In this document: in pieces, positions 35,801-49,493 of the stretch
Layout: each line of letters begins with the position of its first letter
Position numbering within the stretch: position 1 is the stretch's first letter
Source: Lingula anatina
Lineage: Eukaryota; Animalia; Brachiopoda
Direction of reading: 5' to 3'
Length of the DNA: 64,000 nucleotides
Assembly: GCA_051362555.1 (NCBI GenBank)
Contig: CM120642.1
Location: forward strand, 33,790,001-33,854,000
The notes under the pieces: model-generated
The model's database searches: none
What the model saw: the letters and a program-made list of their open reading frames with translations, nothing else
What the model was told of the DNA's origin: nothing
Position numbers and translations under genes: made by a program

Positions 35801-38800
35801 ATTTTCTGTTGGTTTATAAAACAAGCTGCGTCCTGCATTCCACCAGTACACAAGAACAGAACTATGCATGGATTATTTATAAAATGTCAACAATTGCAAA
35901 TCATAACTAAGAACCCTTGAGCCGAGTTGCAATCAATGAGTATTATAGAATGAATTATTTACTGCTGATGTCGTGTTGTAATACAGAGAGTGTAGCCATT
36001 GGAACAGCAGGGAGAAGAGAAATTAGAGGTAATAACTGTCAAAATAGAATTAGACAGTCTTACCTGGCATCTGTGGAAATTTCACCATAAAGAGCTAATC
36101 AGAGCTCAATCAAAATGGAATTTTTGTTTCATACAGGTGCACCTTGGATATTTTTGTGATATGTCTTCCAGCATCTAACAGAAATAAAATGTAGTACTAC
36201 ATCAAATTACATGTCACATCAACTTTAGCGCTTTCAGTGAAATCCACCCATTGGCTGATAAATTTCGTAGCATGTTTTCAGTTCTCATGTTGCAATGGCA
36301 GCAATATGAAAAATTGAATAGTGAAAGCTTTTGTGATTGATGCCAAATACAAACCATTTGAGAAATTGGAAAGAATCTCTGCATTGAAGCTGTACTTTGG
36401 AGTACACTACTTTTCTTAGAATTGTTTGGCTTTGTTTCTGATTGATAAACCATCAGAAACACCAATTGTTTGGTTGATCCCGTAATTGGTTGGGACATCT
36501 TGACCCCAAAAGACATGCAACTGAAGCTGAAATCATTCCAGAGTTTTAAGTAAAGCCAGTGGACAGGAAAGTCCAAACTTGACCACTTGAACTTGACAGA
36601 CTGGTCTGAAGAAGAAAGGGACAGCTATGTTTTTTAGAGGCAACCTGGTCTGTGTCAGGCACCAGGACCACACTGTTTGGTAGGACTGAGTGTAGGGGCG
36701 CTCTCCGAGGCCTGACATGTCTGCAAGGTCTTCTACAGATCAAGGTTGACAAGCTGATCAGAAATGAAGTCAGCGTTCTGTGTATGTTGTTTTTTCATGC
36801 AGGTTCCAGTCAGTTTGCCCCTAATAGTATAGTGACTGGAGTGATTGCTATCTGTGCAGAAACCTCCCATGTTTTCCTAATGTCACCTCTGGGTATATTG
36901 AGTACTGAGTTAGGTATGGGCCAGAGGACCTCAGTGAACAGAGCAAAGTGAGGCCAAACTAGAGGTGTATCAGCCCACCTTGTTCAGCTTCAGAGTTAAG
37001 TCCAATTTCAATGGAAAGTAAACCAGGGTTAGACTACCTTTGGAACGGCCACAATGGGGGTAGTTATTTCACGCCGCGGTGTGCACACTTTTGTTCAAAC
37101 AATTTCAACATAAAAAAGACTTGAGCTTTCAAAGACTTTGCTATGGCGTCATGAGGTTAGTTTTCACCTACCGTCTTTTGTATTTGCTGAAAGATTTAAA
37201 AGAGCACAGTTAAAGTAGTTGTAGATTGTCAAGCTACAAGATTTCGACTCCGTTAAGCAGTATTTGCAAAGCTGCAGACATCTGACATCAGTGTTAACCG
37301 CTACCTTTTTTTAACCTTAATTTTTTTTCAAATTTTCTTTCACGTTGTGTATTCCCCCAAGTGATTCTTAAAGAGAATTTAGCATAATTGGAAAAAGAAC
37401 CACAGCCCCATCGAAGTCTAAATGGCTAGATGCCAACATTAGCGGTTTTTAACTTTCTCGTTTATTTGAAGACATAACAGGGGGCAAATTAAACAGTAGC
37501 TCTGCAAGCATAGCGCATGCAATAAATGGCCTACACTTCTTAATCTCGAGTGTAAAATAAAGTGTGAAGTATTTTAATGGTAATTAAAGCTTTATTCTGA
37601 GAACAATAAACTGTGAATTTTGAAGTGGTAAAAGTTCACCACTTTAGTTTAAACTGTGAACTTGATCTTGGGGATTGGTATTTTATGGTCGTGAAATGAG
37701 TGGACTAGTGCATTTTTTTGTATATAAAAAGGTGAGCTTGGTGAATAAAAGGTGTGCATCCACAGCCTTGCTTTCACCTTGCTTTTTTTTATATAAGACG
37801 TACTTCTAAAGCAAGTTTTGTGCAGAAGTAAAGTGAACTTTGGGTTAATCAGCAATATACCAATGAGAAATACACAATTTTAAACATCAATTTTCTTTTC
37901 ATCTAAAATAAAGAAAGAACATGGATACTTATTACAAATGTGAAGCGTTGGTGTTGAATTTTATTCCATTAAAATAGGATTCAAAGATTGGTCAAGAAGG
38001 CTTTATTACATACAGTTTAGAATTGTTTTTTAAAGTTAATCTTGAAATAATAATAATAGGGGCTTACAAAAAAACTTTGTTGAACATTTCTTGTCAGTGC
38101 TTTTATTCCAAGTCCTAGAGTACTGTTTGGTAGGATAGCCCATATCTCCCACTGTGACCTGGTTATTTTAAGATGAAAAATAAATCTGTTTTCACTAAGT
38201 ACAGCATTCTTCTCTTTGGTATTCCAACTTCAAAAATGATACCTTCTTGAGATTCAGGAATGTCAAAATACTTTAAGTTTAGTACTTCTGACTGTGCCAA
38301 ACACTCACTTTAAATAAATGTTTAAACTTAAAAAAGAACCTTGAAAGTGGCTTGGATATGATTATAACTCCTGAAACCACAGATTGTGTTTTACTGGATT
38401 AAAGCAACCATCTAAGAAAAGTTTATTTTGAGAAGGGAAAGTGAACAACTTGGGGGCAAAAACACAGTTAACTGTACATATTAAATTCCCTAAGCAAGGT
38501 GCAAAGAGTTTTCTTAATACAGCAAAGTTTGTAAAATACTAGGAAGTGAGATCAGTGTTTGTCCATGTTTTAGTGTAGGAGAAAGATGGGTAAATGTCAG
38601 AACTGGTAATTTCTTTTTCATTTTCTAGTGAACATAATTGTTGTAAAGTGGTGTCTGCATCCTGTTACCGCATTACTGGAAATTGTAGATAGACATTTTT
38701 TTTTTATGAAAGAAAACTTGGCAACACATTTCTTGTTAGTCCCAGGTGTTGTCTAAGTGAAAACTGCCGCTACAGACAAGGATGAAAGACAACTGGAGGG

Positions 38801-41291
38801 GAAATAGTGTGAAGTATGACGTTGGTACACATTTGCTGTTAAATTCTCAAATAAATCAAATCAGTAGGTAGAAAGACCAAAGCAATCTGTGTATGGTAAC
38901 AATTAGACGGAGAATTTCATTCCAAATGTTCTGAAATTGCACACACACATGGCAAACAAACACAGGATTAGAGCTAACTTGTTGTGGCAAGTTCTTACTG
39001 GTTTTGTTCTATAAATTATTGGGTCTGATAATAAATATGAAGGCTGGCGATAGAAATGGCTTTTGTATACAGCAATAATATTGTATTGAGGGATCAACAG
39101 ATTTGATAAGTACGGGTCATACTTGTCAGGTCTTGGATTATGGCCGCAATTTATAATGTAATTTTATCGTCAGAATCGTTAAATTAACCCAGAAACTTGA
39201 GCGGTTGATCTTTGTGATGCATGTCAGAAGTTTTAAAACAAGGTCAAAGAAAAATGCATACTTTTTACTCTGTCTCAATTACACAATTTTTTGTGCAAAT
39301 ATTTATCTTTGTAAAAATTTTGTTTTCTTTTACAGGCAGTCAATCTCCATATTTAATGTACATATTTACGATTATCTCAATGACTATTGGGATCATAACA
39401 GCTACGAGTTTGAAAGAAAACCAGAAATAGTTTGGTAGTTGTTGTAGAGAATGCCCCATTATCTCGGGGTCAGCAGGATAATTTATGTTACGATCGCAAC
39501 TATGAAAACCCAGTCCATATACATGTTTACATAGGAAAGGAATAACAATGCAATTTGAATGCTTCATAAACAATGTCCACAAAAATGACCCTTGCCCCAT
39601 TGAGATGGATACTTCTTCAAGTTTTCATTGATACTAACAAAGTATTTGATGAAGATTGTCCACAGTCAATCTTCTGTGAAATACGGACAACCTACCTCAT
39701 AGCCTAGATGTCCTTGTGATAACAAATAGACAGCAAAAACCTGAAACTGTTCAAGACATCTGGGAGCATAGAATTTTGGGAAATGATTCAGTGATTTTGA
39801 AAGCAGGGAAAATAGTTATATTGGATGAAAAAGAGTTCAATCCAAATCTGAAAAGGACTTTTTACAAAGTGATCCTTTTCTGGTTGTAAACTTGTCATTG
39901 TCTTGATATTGGCATCCTCTTTCACCATTAAAGAAATATTTTAGGAAACAGAAAGCTGAACCATAACAGGTAGTTCAACGTGTCTCTTATCAGGTCATAG
40001 GAGTTCATCTATCATATTTATTGTTTATATCACGTCCTCTCCAGGTCTTTTGAGGTAAGGAGCTCAGTTGCTTCAGAGCGGCTTAAAATCTTTTTCTAAA
40101 CTCATATCTTCCACTAAGCCAGTAAATTTGATATCCTGGTATCACAGCATGCGATTACTGGGACATTTTGAGGTGAAAATTCAAAATCACTTAAGAGTCA
40201 CTTAAGAAGCGGGATGACCAGAGAGGAGATGTGCATGGGTTCGGTCTCAAATTTTTTGTGTACGCGAGATCACAATTGTTTTTGTAATTCTCTATTTTGG
40301 AAGCCACCTTACATCAAGATAAGGCATGTCTGATGACAGCTGAGGTCATTTCTTTTGTTTATGATTTTTTTGATTGGCACAGTGTTAGGTGTGTCTGTCT
40401 GTGCCTTTCACAAAGAAACTTTAACGAGATGAAGAGAAATAGAGTATATTTTCCAGTGTCACCCTGTTTATTTCCAGCTCAAACCGACATCAGGGTAGTC
40501 TCAATGTTTGGAATGTTTTATTAGCAACTCGATATTCAATAGAGATGTCCTGATCAGCGAAGTTTGAAGATGAAAACTTTGCACCAAGCAGCATGTGTGC
40601 TGTGGCCTTGTAACTTTACCATTATCCTTTTCACTTTTTTGTGCACTTGGGAGAAATTGTCTTTGACTTAGTTTATTGGTTTTTAGAGAAGCTCTTTTCA
40701 TTTGTGGGTGTCATCCTACAAACATGGCTGTAAGGTTCAGTGAGCTGTCATGTTGTTAGGAAATCATATTCATGAGATATAGGCAGTCTGAAAGGTGGTC
40801 TAGGCTGATAAATGGAAGCAGACACCAGGTTTTGTGATTCTGTGAAAGGATTCCGAGATTGATTTCGTCACCTCAGCCTGAACTTTTCAAGATGGCTCCA
40901 CTGGAATCTCCCTTGCTGGATCCTGTGTCAAAGATTATCAAATAGCACATGGAAACTTTTTGACTTCTTGGTGGCTTTACTGGAAATCTATTACTAGTAA
41001 TTTAAATTGTGCCCAGAAAGCATTTACAGTTACAGTGCATAGTTATATCTAGTTTGATTAGATGATTTATAAAAAAAGTTTATGTTGTAATAAATAATAG
41101 GGCTTCATAACTCTTATTCCTTCCGTATAATGTACCATAATACTGGATTACATTAAACTGGTTTATAACCTACTTTACAAGGTGACCTGTGTTTTGCCGT
41201 AAGAAACATGGTAAGATTCTCCTGTCAGTTTAATAAGGGTGTACTGGCATGTTGTTGATGTGCTGTGACATGCCAGTTTGTTTGCCCACCA

Positions 41292-41631
41292 GTACTACAG
41301 GTACTGTCTCTACTATACCACCTGTACTACAGGTACTGTCTCTACTATACCACCTGTACTACAGGTACTGTCTCTACTATACCACCTGTACTACAGGTAC
41401 TGTCTCTACTATACCACCTGTACTACAGGTACTGTCTCTACTATACCACCTGTACTACAGGTACTGTCTCTACTATACCACCTGTACTACAGGTACTGTC
41501 TCTACTATACCACCTGTACTACAGGTACTGTCTCTACTATACCACCTGTACTACAGGTACTGTCTCTACTATACCACCTGTACTACAGGTACTGTCTCTA
41601 CTATACCACCTGTACTACAGGTACTGTCTCT
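41292..41631 (+). repeat. Homogeneous 32-bp minisatellite, ~10.5 copies (TACTACAGGTACTGTCTCTACTATACCACCTG)
   Basis: Identical tandem units; they explain the three-frame ORFs. Confidence 0.95.
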
Positions 41632-44600
41632 CTGCCAGAGAGAAGATTTCTTTACCTGACAACTTGACAAGATATTTTCAGCGGAGGATAGATGATGTCA
41701 AGTTATGAAACAATTGCTGGGGGCCATTTGTAATCTAAATTTTCCCCTTATCTTAGTGAGCTCTAATAAAAAAATCAAATGTAAGAAGGGTTTGTAGCCC
41801 TTTTTTCTATGAATATATTTTTATTTTCTTCATTCTGAAAAGAGGTTATGAGAAAGCTGAGCATCACTATGTTTTATGTGAGACTGACCTTCACTTCTAC
41901 AGATATACAATGATACAGAAAGGTTCAGGGTGGACTTGCAAGGTCATCACATTAATTACCCCACCTGGCTAGGTCATCATACTAATTACCCCACCTGTAT
42001 GTCAGGGGTGGCAATATTTTGGCCATGTCCTGCTATCAGTTTTCTCTAGTTATACACAGTAATTATCCGTATTTAACACCAAATGACTGAACATTAAGGA
42101 GTCATGACCTGTGGTTTGTTTTTGTTTCCCCATGTCAGTCTTGGTGCCAGTAGATGAGCTGATTAGCCTGGCACACCTGTATTGTTACCTGCCCAGGTAG
42201 AGAGAATTGGGTGCCAATAACACTGGCTGATTTAGAGAGGGGAGCTTATGGGCTAATGAAGTTATGCCACCTAGACGATAGCTTGTTAAGTGGAGACCTC
42301 GTGTGGAGTTTTATGTAGGGTTCTGCAGGATTAATGCAATCAACTTGTCTTGGTCTGTTATTTCTAAAGCATTTGCATTTTATTCAGATGTTTTCATGTT
42401 TTACATGTGCCTGCCCTGGGACATTCTTATCTATGACAATATGAAAGTACACAGATGTTGAGAGTTTGAAGTGAAAAGTGTTTGACTGTCAACCTTCCTC
42501 TGATGAAGTGGTACCTGTGGGTGCAAGCTGTTTTCTTCTCTTTGGAGTGTTTTGCGTAAATACTCTGTTGAAAAGGAATTATGACGAGTGTGAAACCTGT
42601 CCTCTGACTGTTTGCACATCCTTAGCTTGGAATCTGTCCCGGTATTAGTGTCTGTGGTATTAAGTGTCTCTGCTGGGATTGTCTTTGTTAGTATGCAGTG
42701 CAGGGCTGTTTAGAATGTCACAAGGTTGTAGACAAAGGAGTATACTCTGGCTCTCCATTGTTTAAATACTTTCTAGACATTTGTGTAAACTACCTGGCCT
42801 TGGGTTAGTGTCTTGTCAACCTCGTTTCTTCATTTTATTGTCACATAAATGTGTACTTGTGCACGTGTGTACACGCACATGCTTGTGTTATACCATGATT
42901 ACCTAGTTGATAAAAAGTAACAGCAAAAATATTTACACCTGAGAATGCAGATGTCTGGTAAATGGCACTAGTAATGGTGGCCAGACAGGAAGAAAGGAGC
43001 AACATGGGGCACTGTCAAGAATCTCTTCCTCATAATACACGACTTCAAAATCACTCCATGTTTACACAAGCCAATTAGGTTCCAGCTTGAGCAAATTTTA
43101 AAACCATTTCATATTCTGTGTGTATTGACTGTTCCAACAAATTGCGAGTAATTATACTCCAGCATGAGTAAATTTTGAAGCGGTGTTATATATTTCATGC
43201 ATATTGACTGTTTCAGAAGATTAATCCCTGCTGTTCTCTTTTATGTTGGTTTATTTCATCTCTCATCAAAGTCAAACTTCAGAGTGTTTTATGTCTGGAA
43301 GGGGAAGGCAACCCACATGTGAATATCACTGCTTGACATATTGGGTATAGGCTACTCTGATTAGCCAGTCTAGGAACTTTGGGAAGCACTGACGAAATAA
43401 AAACCCACAGAAACCATTCACTGATAAGCCACAACAGAACAGTACTCCAGGAAGCTGAAATATGTGGTAGAGATTAGATACTGGCTGATAAGATGACAGG
43501 GAATAGGTAGTTGAAGATTTCACATGCCTTTGGTGTAAATGATGTACATATTTATATTGGATTGCTATCAAAAAGTTGTATTTTACAGCATACTAGAATT
43601 TCCTTTAAAATAGATTACAAGTTTTTTTTTCCATTTGATATGCATTAAACTTTCTCTGCCACATATACAAGACATCATAGGTCACATTACTCTCAGTACA
43701 TCAAACTTCTTTTTGAAGCTAAAACACTGGCAATGAAGAAAAGTGATGTTTCGAGTGCCTTAGATCTCGTTCACTCTCTTTATGGTGGTTCTGAATATCC
43801 AGCCTGGCTTCCGCTAACAGCTTCATTAAAGACATGACACTCATAGACAGGTAGTAATTGGCTTGTCATGTTATGTAACGGTCTGTTGCCATGGGGACCT
43901 GGGTAGACAGACTTCCTTACCTTAATTAAAGGGATCAACTCAATTACAGTCTGATACCGTTGTTAGCAGGAATATTGGGGAGGATTGATAAAGGGAAAGT
44001 GAAGTTGGTGCAGTTGATGCTCTTTGTTGTAATGTTATGTATCATTATTATGTTCAGACGGTGAAATTGATAGCCTTGCACTGCCACTTTCTTTCCTCGG
44101 AACATTATTCTGATCGCTAAGGCTGAATTAATTGATTTTTGTTTTTCACATTGTATCCCTTGTTAATGCTGTTCACTTCAAAGCAGGTGGTGGTTGTATC
44201 TAAAGGTTAATTGTTTATTTGAAATTTGGTGCTAAATATGAGACTTTTGTCTCTAATTTATGGAATTTGTGTTTTATTTTGAAAGGGGAGTTGTGCTCTG
44301 GAAGGAAGTTTCACTTTGATAAATGTGGGCAAAGTATACAATTTTTTTCAAAAGAAAAAAATCTTTTGTTTAATCCCTATGTAGTAAAAGATTGCCATGC
44401 ATTTTGACGGTACAAGTTTCTGGAAATGTTTAAATTGAAACTGGAAATTTATTTTTCCAAAATTAATTCAAAGCTTTTTCCGAAATTCATGTTCAGAATG
44501 GTATTTGGCAGAGCGGAGAGTGAACTGTGGACCTATGAGTGTTCCGCGGTAAAGGATACTTTGCTCTCTGCTGTGTGACGCACTTGGTAGAAATGAAGGA

Positions 44601-47067
44601 GCACCTTAAACCCAGTTTACTTTCTCTTGTCACTTCCATAAACATTCTCGCACTTACAGCGTGACTACTAACATGTACACACTGATAGAAAAATGGAGAC
44701 TCAAGGTCCCAGGATTAATTTACATGTGAATGAATTTTAAAACCAAAATATAGACTCCAGGTCCTACTTTGTATTTATGTGTGACTGAATTGAAAAAACT
44801 GGTTTTAAGTAACATCCTGCATAATTTTGATGAAGTCTGTTTTTAGACCAGCCCCAGAAGCATATGATGCAGTCACACCCTTCTAGTTAAATTATCCTTA
44901 TGTTGAAGAGTCAGCATTATGAAGGGGTGGCCATGTTAATGGCAGAGTCACACAGTCTATCTGGCTGATAGCCATGAATTTGTAATTAGTCTGTCTACTT
45001 CTTGAACTAAGCTTAAGAACAATTTTAGTTAAAACCGAACTGAATGCTACCTTACTTGTCTGCGACCTTAGTACTTTCTGTGTGAGCTGTGACGGGAAGC
45101 ATGCGACAAGCTCAGTTATTTGAACTTAAGGGCACTTTATAAAAAAGTAGAAAAGATGGTATTTAAAGATCTCGGATTGTAGATGTTCCCAAAGTTTGCC
45201 AGGTTTTCCACTAGTGTGCTGTGTGACGCGGAGCATGTGGCAGCCTCAGTTATTTTGACACAGAGTTTTTTTTACCCAAACAGTTGTTTTTGTAAAATGA
45301 AAACACACCTCTTAAATTACTCTCGGCTTGAAATATATGTGCAACAATAAAACTTTCTGTTGGGGATGAAATATGTCAGATTTGAAGCAAGCTGTGAAGT
45401 TTAATTGTTTTGAACTTGCCACTTTCAAACTGTCACCCTGTATTTTAACAGAAGGTGCTAGGCACCATTTTCCTTCACTGATAAGATACACTACCCCACT
45501 TCCTGTTGCCTATTGCAACCAATTTGTATTCTTTATGTTGTCCAGTCTGCCATATGACCATGCTTTGTGTTTGGTCTAACTTTGAAACAGGGTGATCCTC
45601 TAGAAGAAAAAAAACACTCCACTAAATGTTATAGTAGTATTATTTGATCACTGGTCTCCTCTGTCAGGGGGCATGCTTTCGTTCTTCAAGCATGAAGGCC
45701 AAAACTGACTGGACGAGCTAGAAAAGGGAAATAGCCAGACGTCTACATTGACCTTTACCAAGATGGTGGACCCGATACCTGGCGGAAGAAAAACATTCCT
45801 TCATTGACCGTTTTATTTACAAAAACATCCAGCACTTTACCCTGGTAATGGGGGACAGGAAGTCCTTTGTTCCCCACCTTTGTAAAGCAATAGCCATTGG
45901 TCAAAGGTCTCCATCCATTAAAGCTCACTTTTTTAGACAAAATCTGGGTGATAAAATCAAAGCTGGACTGAATGGAATTCATTACGAGAAGGAAATAGCA
46001 TTTCTCTTTTGTAATTCTTTAGAAGAGCCGACCTTTAAGTTTGGATTTTCATATCTGAAAAAAAAGAAGAAATGATTGTTGATGATTTATGAAAAAAGTT
46101 AGCAAGAAAAAGACCATAATGTGTTTAACAGGTAAGAGAGAGAGTGAGTTTGCAGCAGGCGTGCTGTCTTGGCTGTACATACATATTGATTTTCAGTGTT
46201 TTAAGACCCCATGGGTTTCAGCTATGATCTAAGCTGGCATAACTGCAGTAACAGAATCTGAACAATTTGTTGTAGGTAACATGATTGCAATCGACATGTT
46301 TGCTCAGCCTCATTTCATCATTTCTAAGTTATTCTATCCTCTTTTTTTCTAATGTCAGTAATAATGAAATGTTTATCAGGGTTCGGAAATGGCAATATGT
46401 TGCATGAGTTGAGCTACAGAGGAAACCTAGTATGATAAAAATGCACTTTTGTGTCAAGTTATACGGGCATAATACAGAAGAGATTTCTCATGTTACTGCC
46501 AATAAAAGCTTACTTATTGAAAGGTCAGAGTTGTAATCTTGGCTCCCTCCTCTCAGTCTTACACAATATCTGTACCTCTGATAATAGAGGAATTTCAGTA
46601 CTAGTGATTATTAAGTTGTGCTTCAAAAAGTCTACCAGATCAGTAAACTGGGAATATGTCACCATTTACCATAAGTAAATGTATGTTTTGACTGCTTGGC
46701 TGTAATAAAGTGATGGCCTCAAAGTCATGAACATCAAAGTTCTCTGACAAATATAATTTCTGTCATGTCAGTGCCTACAGGATGACACCTGGCATAATTT
46801 GAGAGGGAAATTATTTTTAAAAAAATGAAATGAGTACAATTAGCAGGGTGATAATATGCTATCTTTCCAGTCAGGCATCATATTCTATCAGTTTTTGATG
46901 ACCAAATTGACTATGCCCTAACACAGTAGCTGGTCATTCCTTACTGGCATAATGAACCAAGTTTACAGCATACTGCTCTCATGAAAACTATAGCATCACA
47001 GGGCTTTCTATGGTCACTTGCAGTCCATACTCACACCGTCTACTTATAAATATATCTAAGGTAGGCA

Positions 47068-47180
47068 GTCACAACCTGGCTAGAACTGCGACTGTAGAGT
47101 TATTGTTCAGGGTGCAGTTAGACCTCCCCCTGGTGACACTAAGTTAGGAAGTCACAACCTGGCTAGAACTGCGACTGTAG
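47068..47180 (+). repeat. 31-bp direct repeat AGTCACAACCTGGCTAGAACTGCGACTGTAG x2
   Basis: Copies at ~47068 and ~47150. Confidence 0.8.
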
Positions 47181-47736
47181 TGACACCAGGTATATAGAGA
47201 GTAATGACAGAGACTTCCCTATTCAAGGTGTACTCATGTTTAATGAGGAAGAGGTCAGGAGACGGAGAGGTGTTATGATGGCTTTGATGTGGTATACTGG
47301 TCTGTGTTATAAAGATAAACTTCAAAAGAAAGCTCCAGGGGATCCAGGGGGGACCCCTCCCTCCTCTTTAACTAACTTTTAACATAGAATTTATACAGTT
47401 CTTTTAATTTTATTGCACTCTAACATGAAGCTGAATGTTTTGTACTTCAACGGTAAAATATAAATCTTTTGATAAAAGTATCTGTGTAAGGGTTAATCTG
47501 AACAGTGTTGTAGAAAAGGTGAAGAGCAAGAATGTGTATATGTCCATGTGCAAGAATGTGTATATATATCTACTACAGAATCTGCTGTGTAAGTTCACGT
47601 TGACACATAAAACTAATACTCTTAAAGTTGGTTTAAACTCCCTCACAAAAAAGTCAAGTCACCATAGAGGAATGTGTCTTGACTGGAGTTGAAAAGTGGC
47701 ATTAAGTTGCGGGGTCACATGGGAGCAGGATCTGGT

Positions 47737-47751
47737 GCCGCCCCCTAGTGT
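47737..47751 (-). promoter_or_regulatory. CTCF-like motif GCCGCCCCCTAGTGT in Dachsous intron 1
   Basis: Close to the CTCF core GCGCCCCCT(A/G)GTGG; a weaker match lies at 47123-47136. Confidence 0.4.
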
Positions 47752-48980
47752 TATAATATCATAGTTTTGGTTCTTCGTCCGACCCCTGGAGCAGATCTCT
47801 GTTGTGTGTCATCGTTTCTGTTGTGACGTTGTTTAGGTTGAGATGTTGTTTAGATTAAACCATGGTTCTGAACTCCATAAACTGAGTGACTGAAGTTTCA
47901 TTGGTTGCCATGTTTGGAAGCATTTTAATGCAATTTTTGTTTCATAGAATGATACTTAACACTGTCCGTAAGTTTTGGTTTCGTTAACTTTTTGTGCAGA
48001 AAATACTGTCTGCAGTGAGATCAACTCATGATCTGCAGGATACCCGTCCTAATCCATAGCTACAGAAACCAACTTAGTGAGGCAGAAAAAGATAAATAGG
48101 CCAATTGTCAACTCTTTGTAGACAGGTGAACTATTGGGTCTGACAAATAAATAGCATTGGGGATCAGACGACTGGAAATTCTTGTATTGATGTTTTTGTG
48201 TATTTTTAAAAACAAGTTGAATTTATAAAGACAAGTCAGACTGGTTATGTAATGGGGAATGTATTGATTTTATGGAGCACAGCTCTTCAAGTTCCCTGTC
48301 ATAGAAGCTCTCTAGTCTGGGATCTTTCCAAATTATTTTGAGAACTTTGGAAATATTTTGGACTTCTAGCTGCCTGCAATTACTTTATTTTTTCCCCACC
48401 ATTTTTTTTTTTAAACTATCTTCAAGGACAAGTCCATTTTCCCAGACTCCAGTGGGCAGGTTGCTTTCATTTTCATCTCATTTCATTCTGATCTGTTTTT
48501 CTTTTTCATTTCTACTCAAGGTCGGTAATTGTCCGAGTTAAAGTGTTCCCTCCACCTGAGTAGAGATAAAAAGGTAGAGGCTCAGCGGGTACAACTTCTT
48601 CTTTGCTCCTCACTCCACCTCAGTGTTAGCTGTGTTTGGAGGCAGTGAGATGTGTGATGTGCAGCGTGGAGGGAGAGTCAGGTAGAGAGGTCATGCCCAT
48701 TAAATGTCCATCTTTTTTTCCTGGTTGGATCAAAAGAGACAGGTGTTCTTTAGCTGGTCACTAATGGGGGGTAGTTGAAGGCCATGTGGTCACTATTACT
48801 ACTGTGTATATATATTGTGTGCAGTGTTTACTGTTTTGTGTAAATATACAAAGCTAAATAACAGTAAAGGTTTTGTATTTTAGCCTACAGTGGCGAGGAT
48901 TGTCAAAACCACTATTGTCAATGGAGTATTTGTAAAATATTCTACTAGTACCATTATTAAAGGGTCAGGGAATACAAAGC

Positions 48981-49493
48981 TATACAGTGTCACTGTATGT
49001 TATACAACAATTACTGATCATTCTTTTGCATTGTTGGCATATTTCCATTGTCTATACAGTGTCAATGCTGTACAGTTTTGCTGTATGTTATACAACTATT
49101 ACTGATCATTCTTTTGCATTGTTGGCATATTTCCATTGTCTATACAGTGTCAATGCTGTACAGTTTTGCTGTATGTTATACAACTATTACTGATCATTTT
49201 GTTGCATTGTTGGCATATTTCCATTGTCTATACAGTGTCAATGCTGTACAGTTTTGCTGTATGTTATACAACTATTACTGATCATTCTTTTGCATTGTTG
49301 GCATATTTCCATTGTCTATACAGTGTCAATGCTGTACAGTTTTGCTGTATGTTATACAACTATTACTGATCATTCTTTTGCATTGTTGGCATATTTCCAT
49401 TGTCTATACAGTGTCAATGCTGTACAGTTTTGCTGTATGTTATACAACTATTACTGATCATTCTTTTGCATTGTTGGCATATTTCCGTTGTCT
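48981..49493 (+). repeat. 88-bp tandem repeat, ~5.7 near-identical copies
   Basis: ORF starts recur every 88 bp (49048, 49136, 49224, 49312). Confidence 0.95.

Noticed and set aside
36214-36951. 120-aa and 99-aa ORFs in the Dachsous intron
   Set aside because: No recognisable domain, non-ATG starts and no supporting splice structure.
41249-41708. Three overlapping Cys/Tyr/Thr-rich ORFs
   Set aside because: Artefact of a stop-free 32-bp tandem repeat read in all three frames.
47070-47100. TCACAACCTG resembling the miR-67/307 5' end
   Set aside because: The 3' part does not match the mature miRNA and there is no complementary precursor arm.
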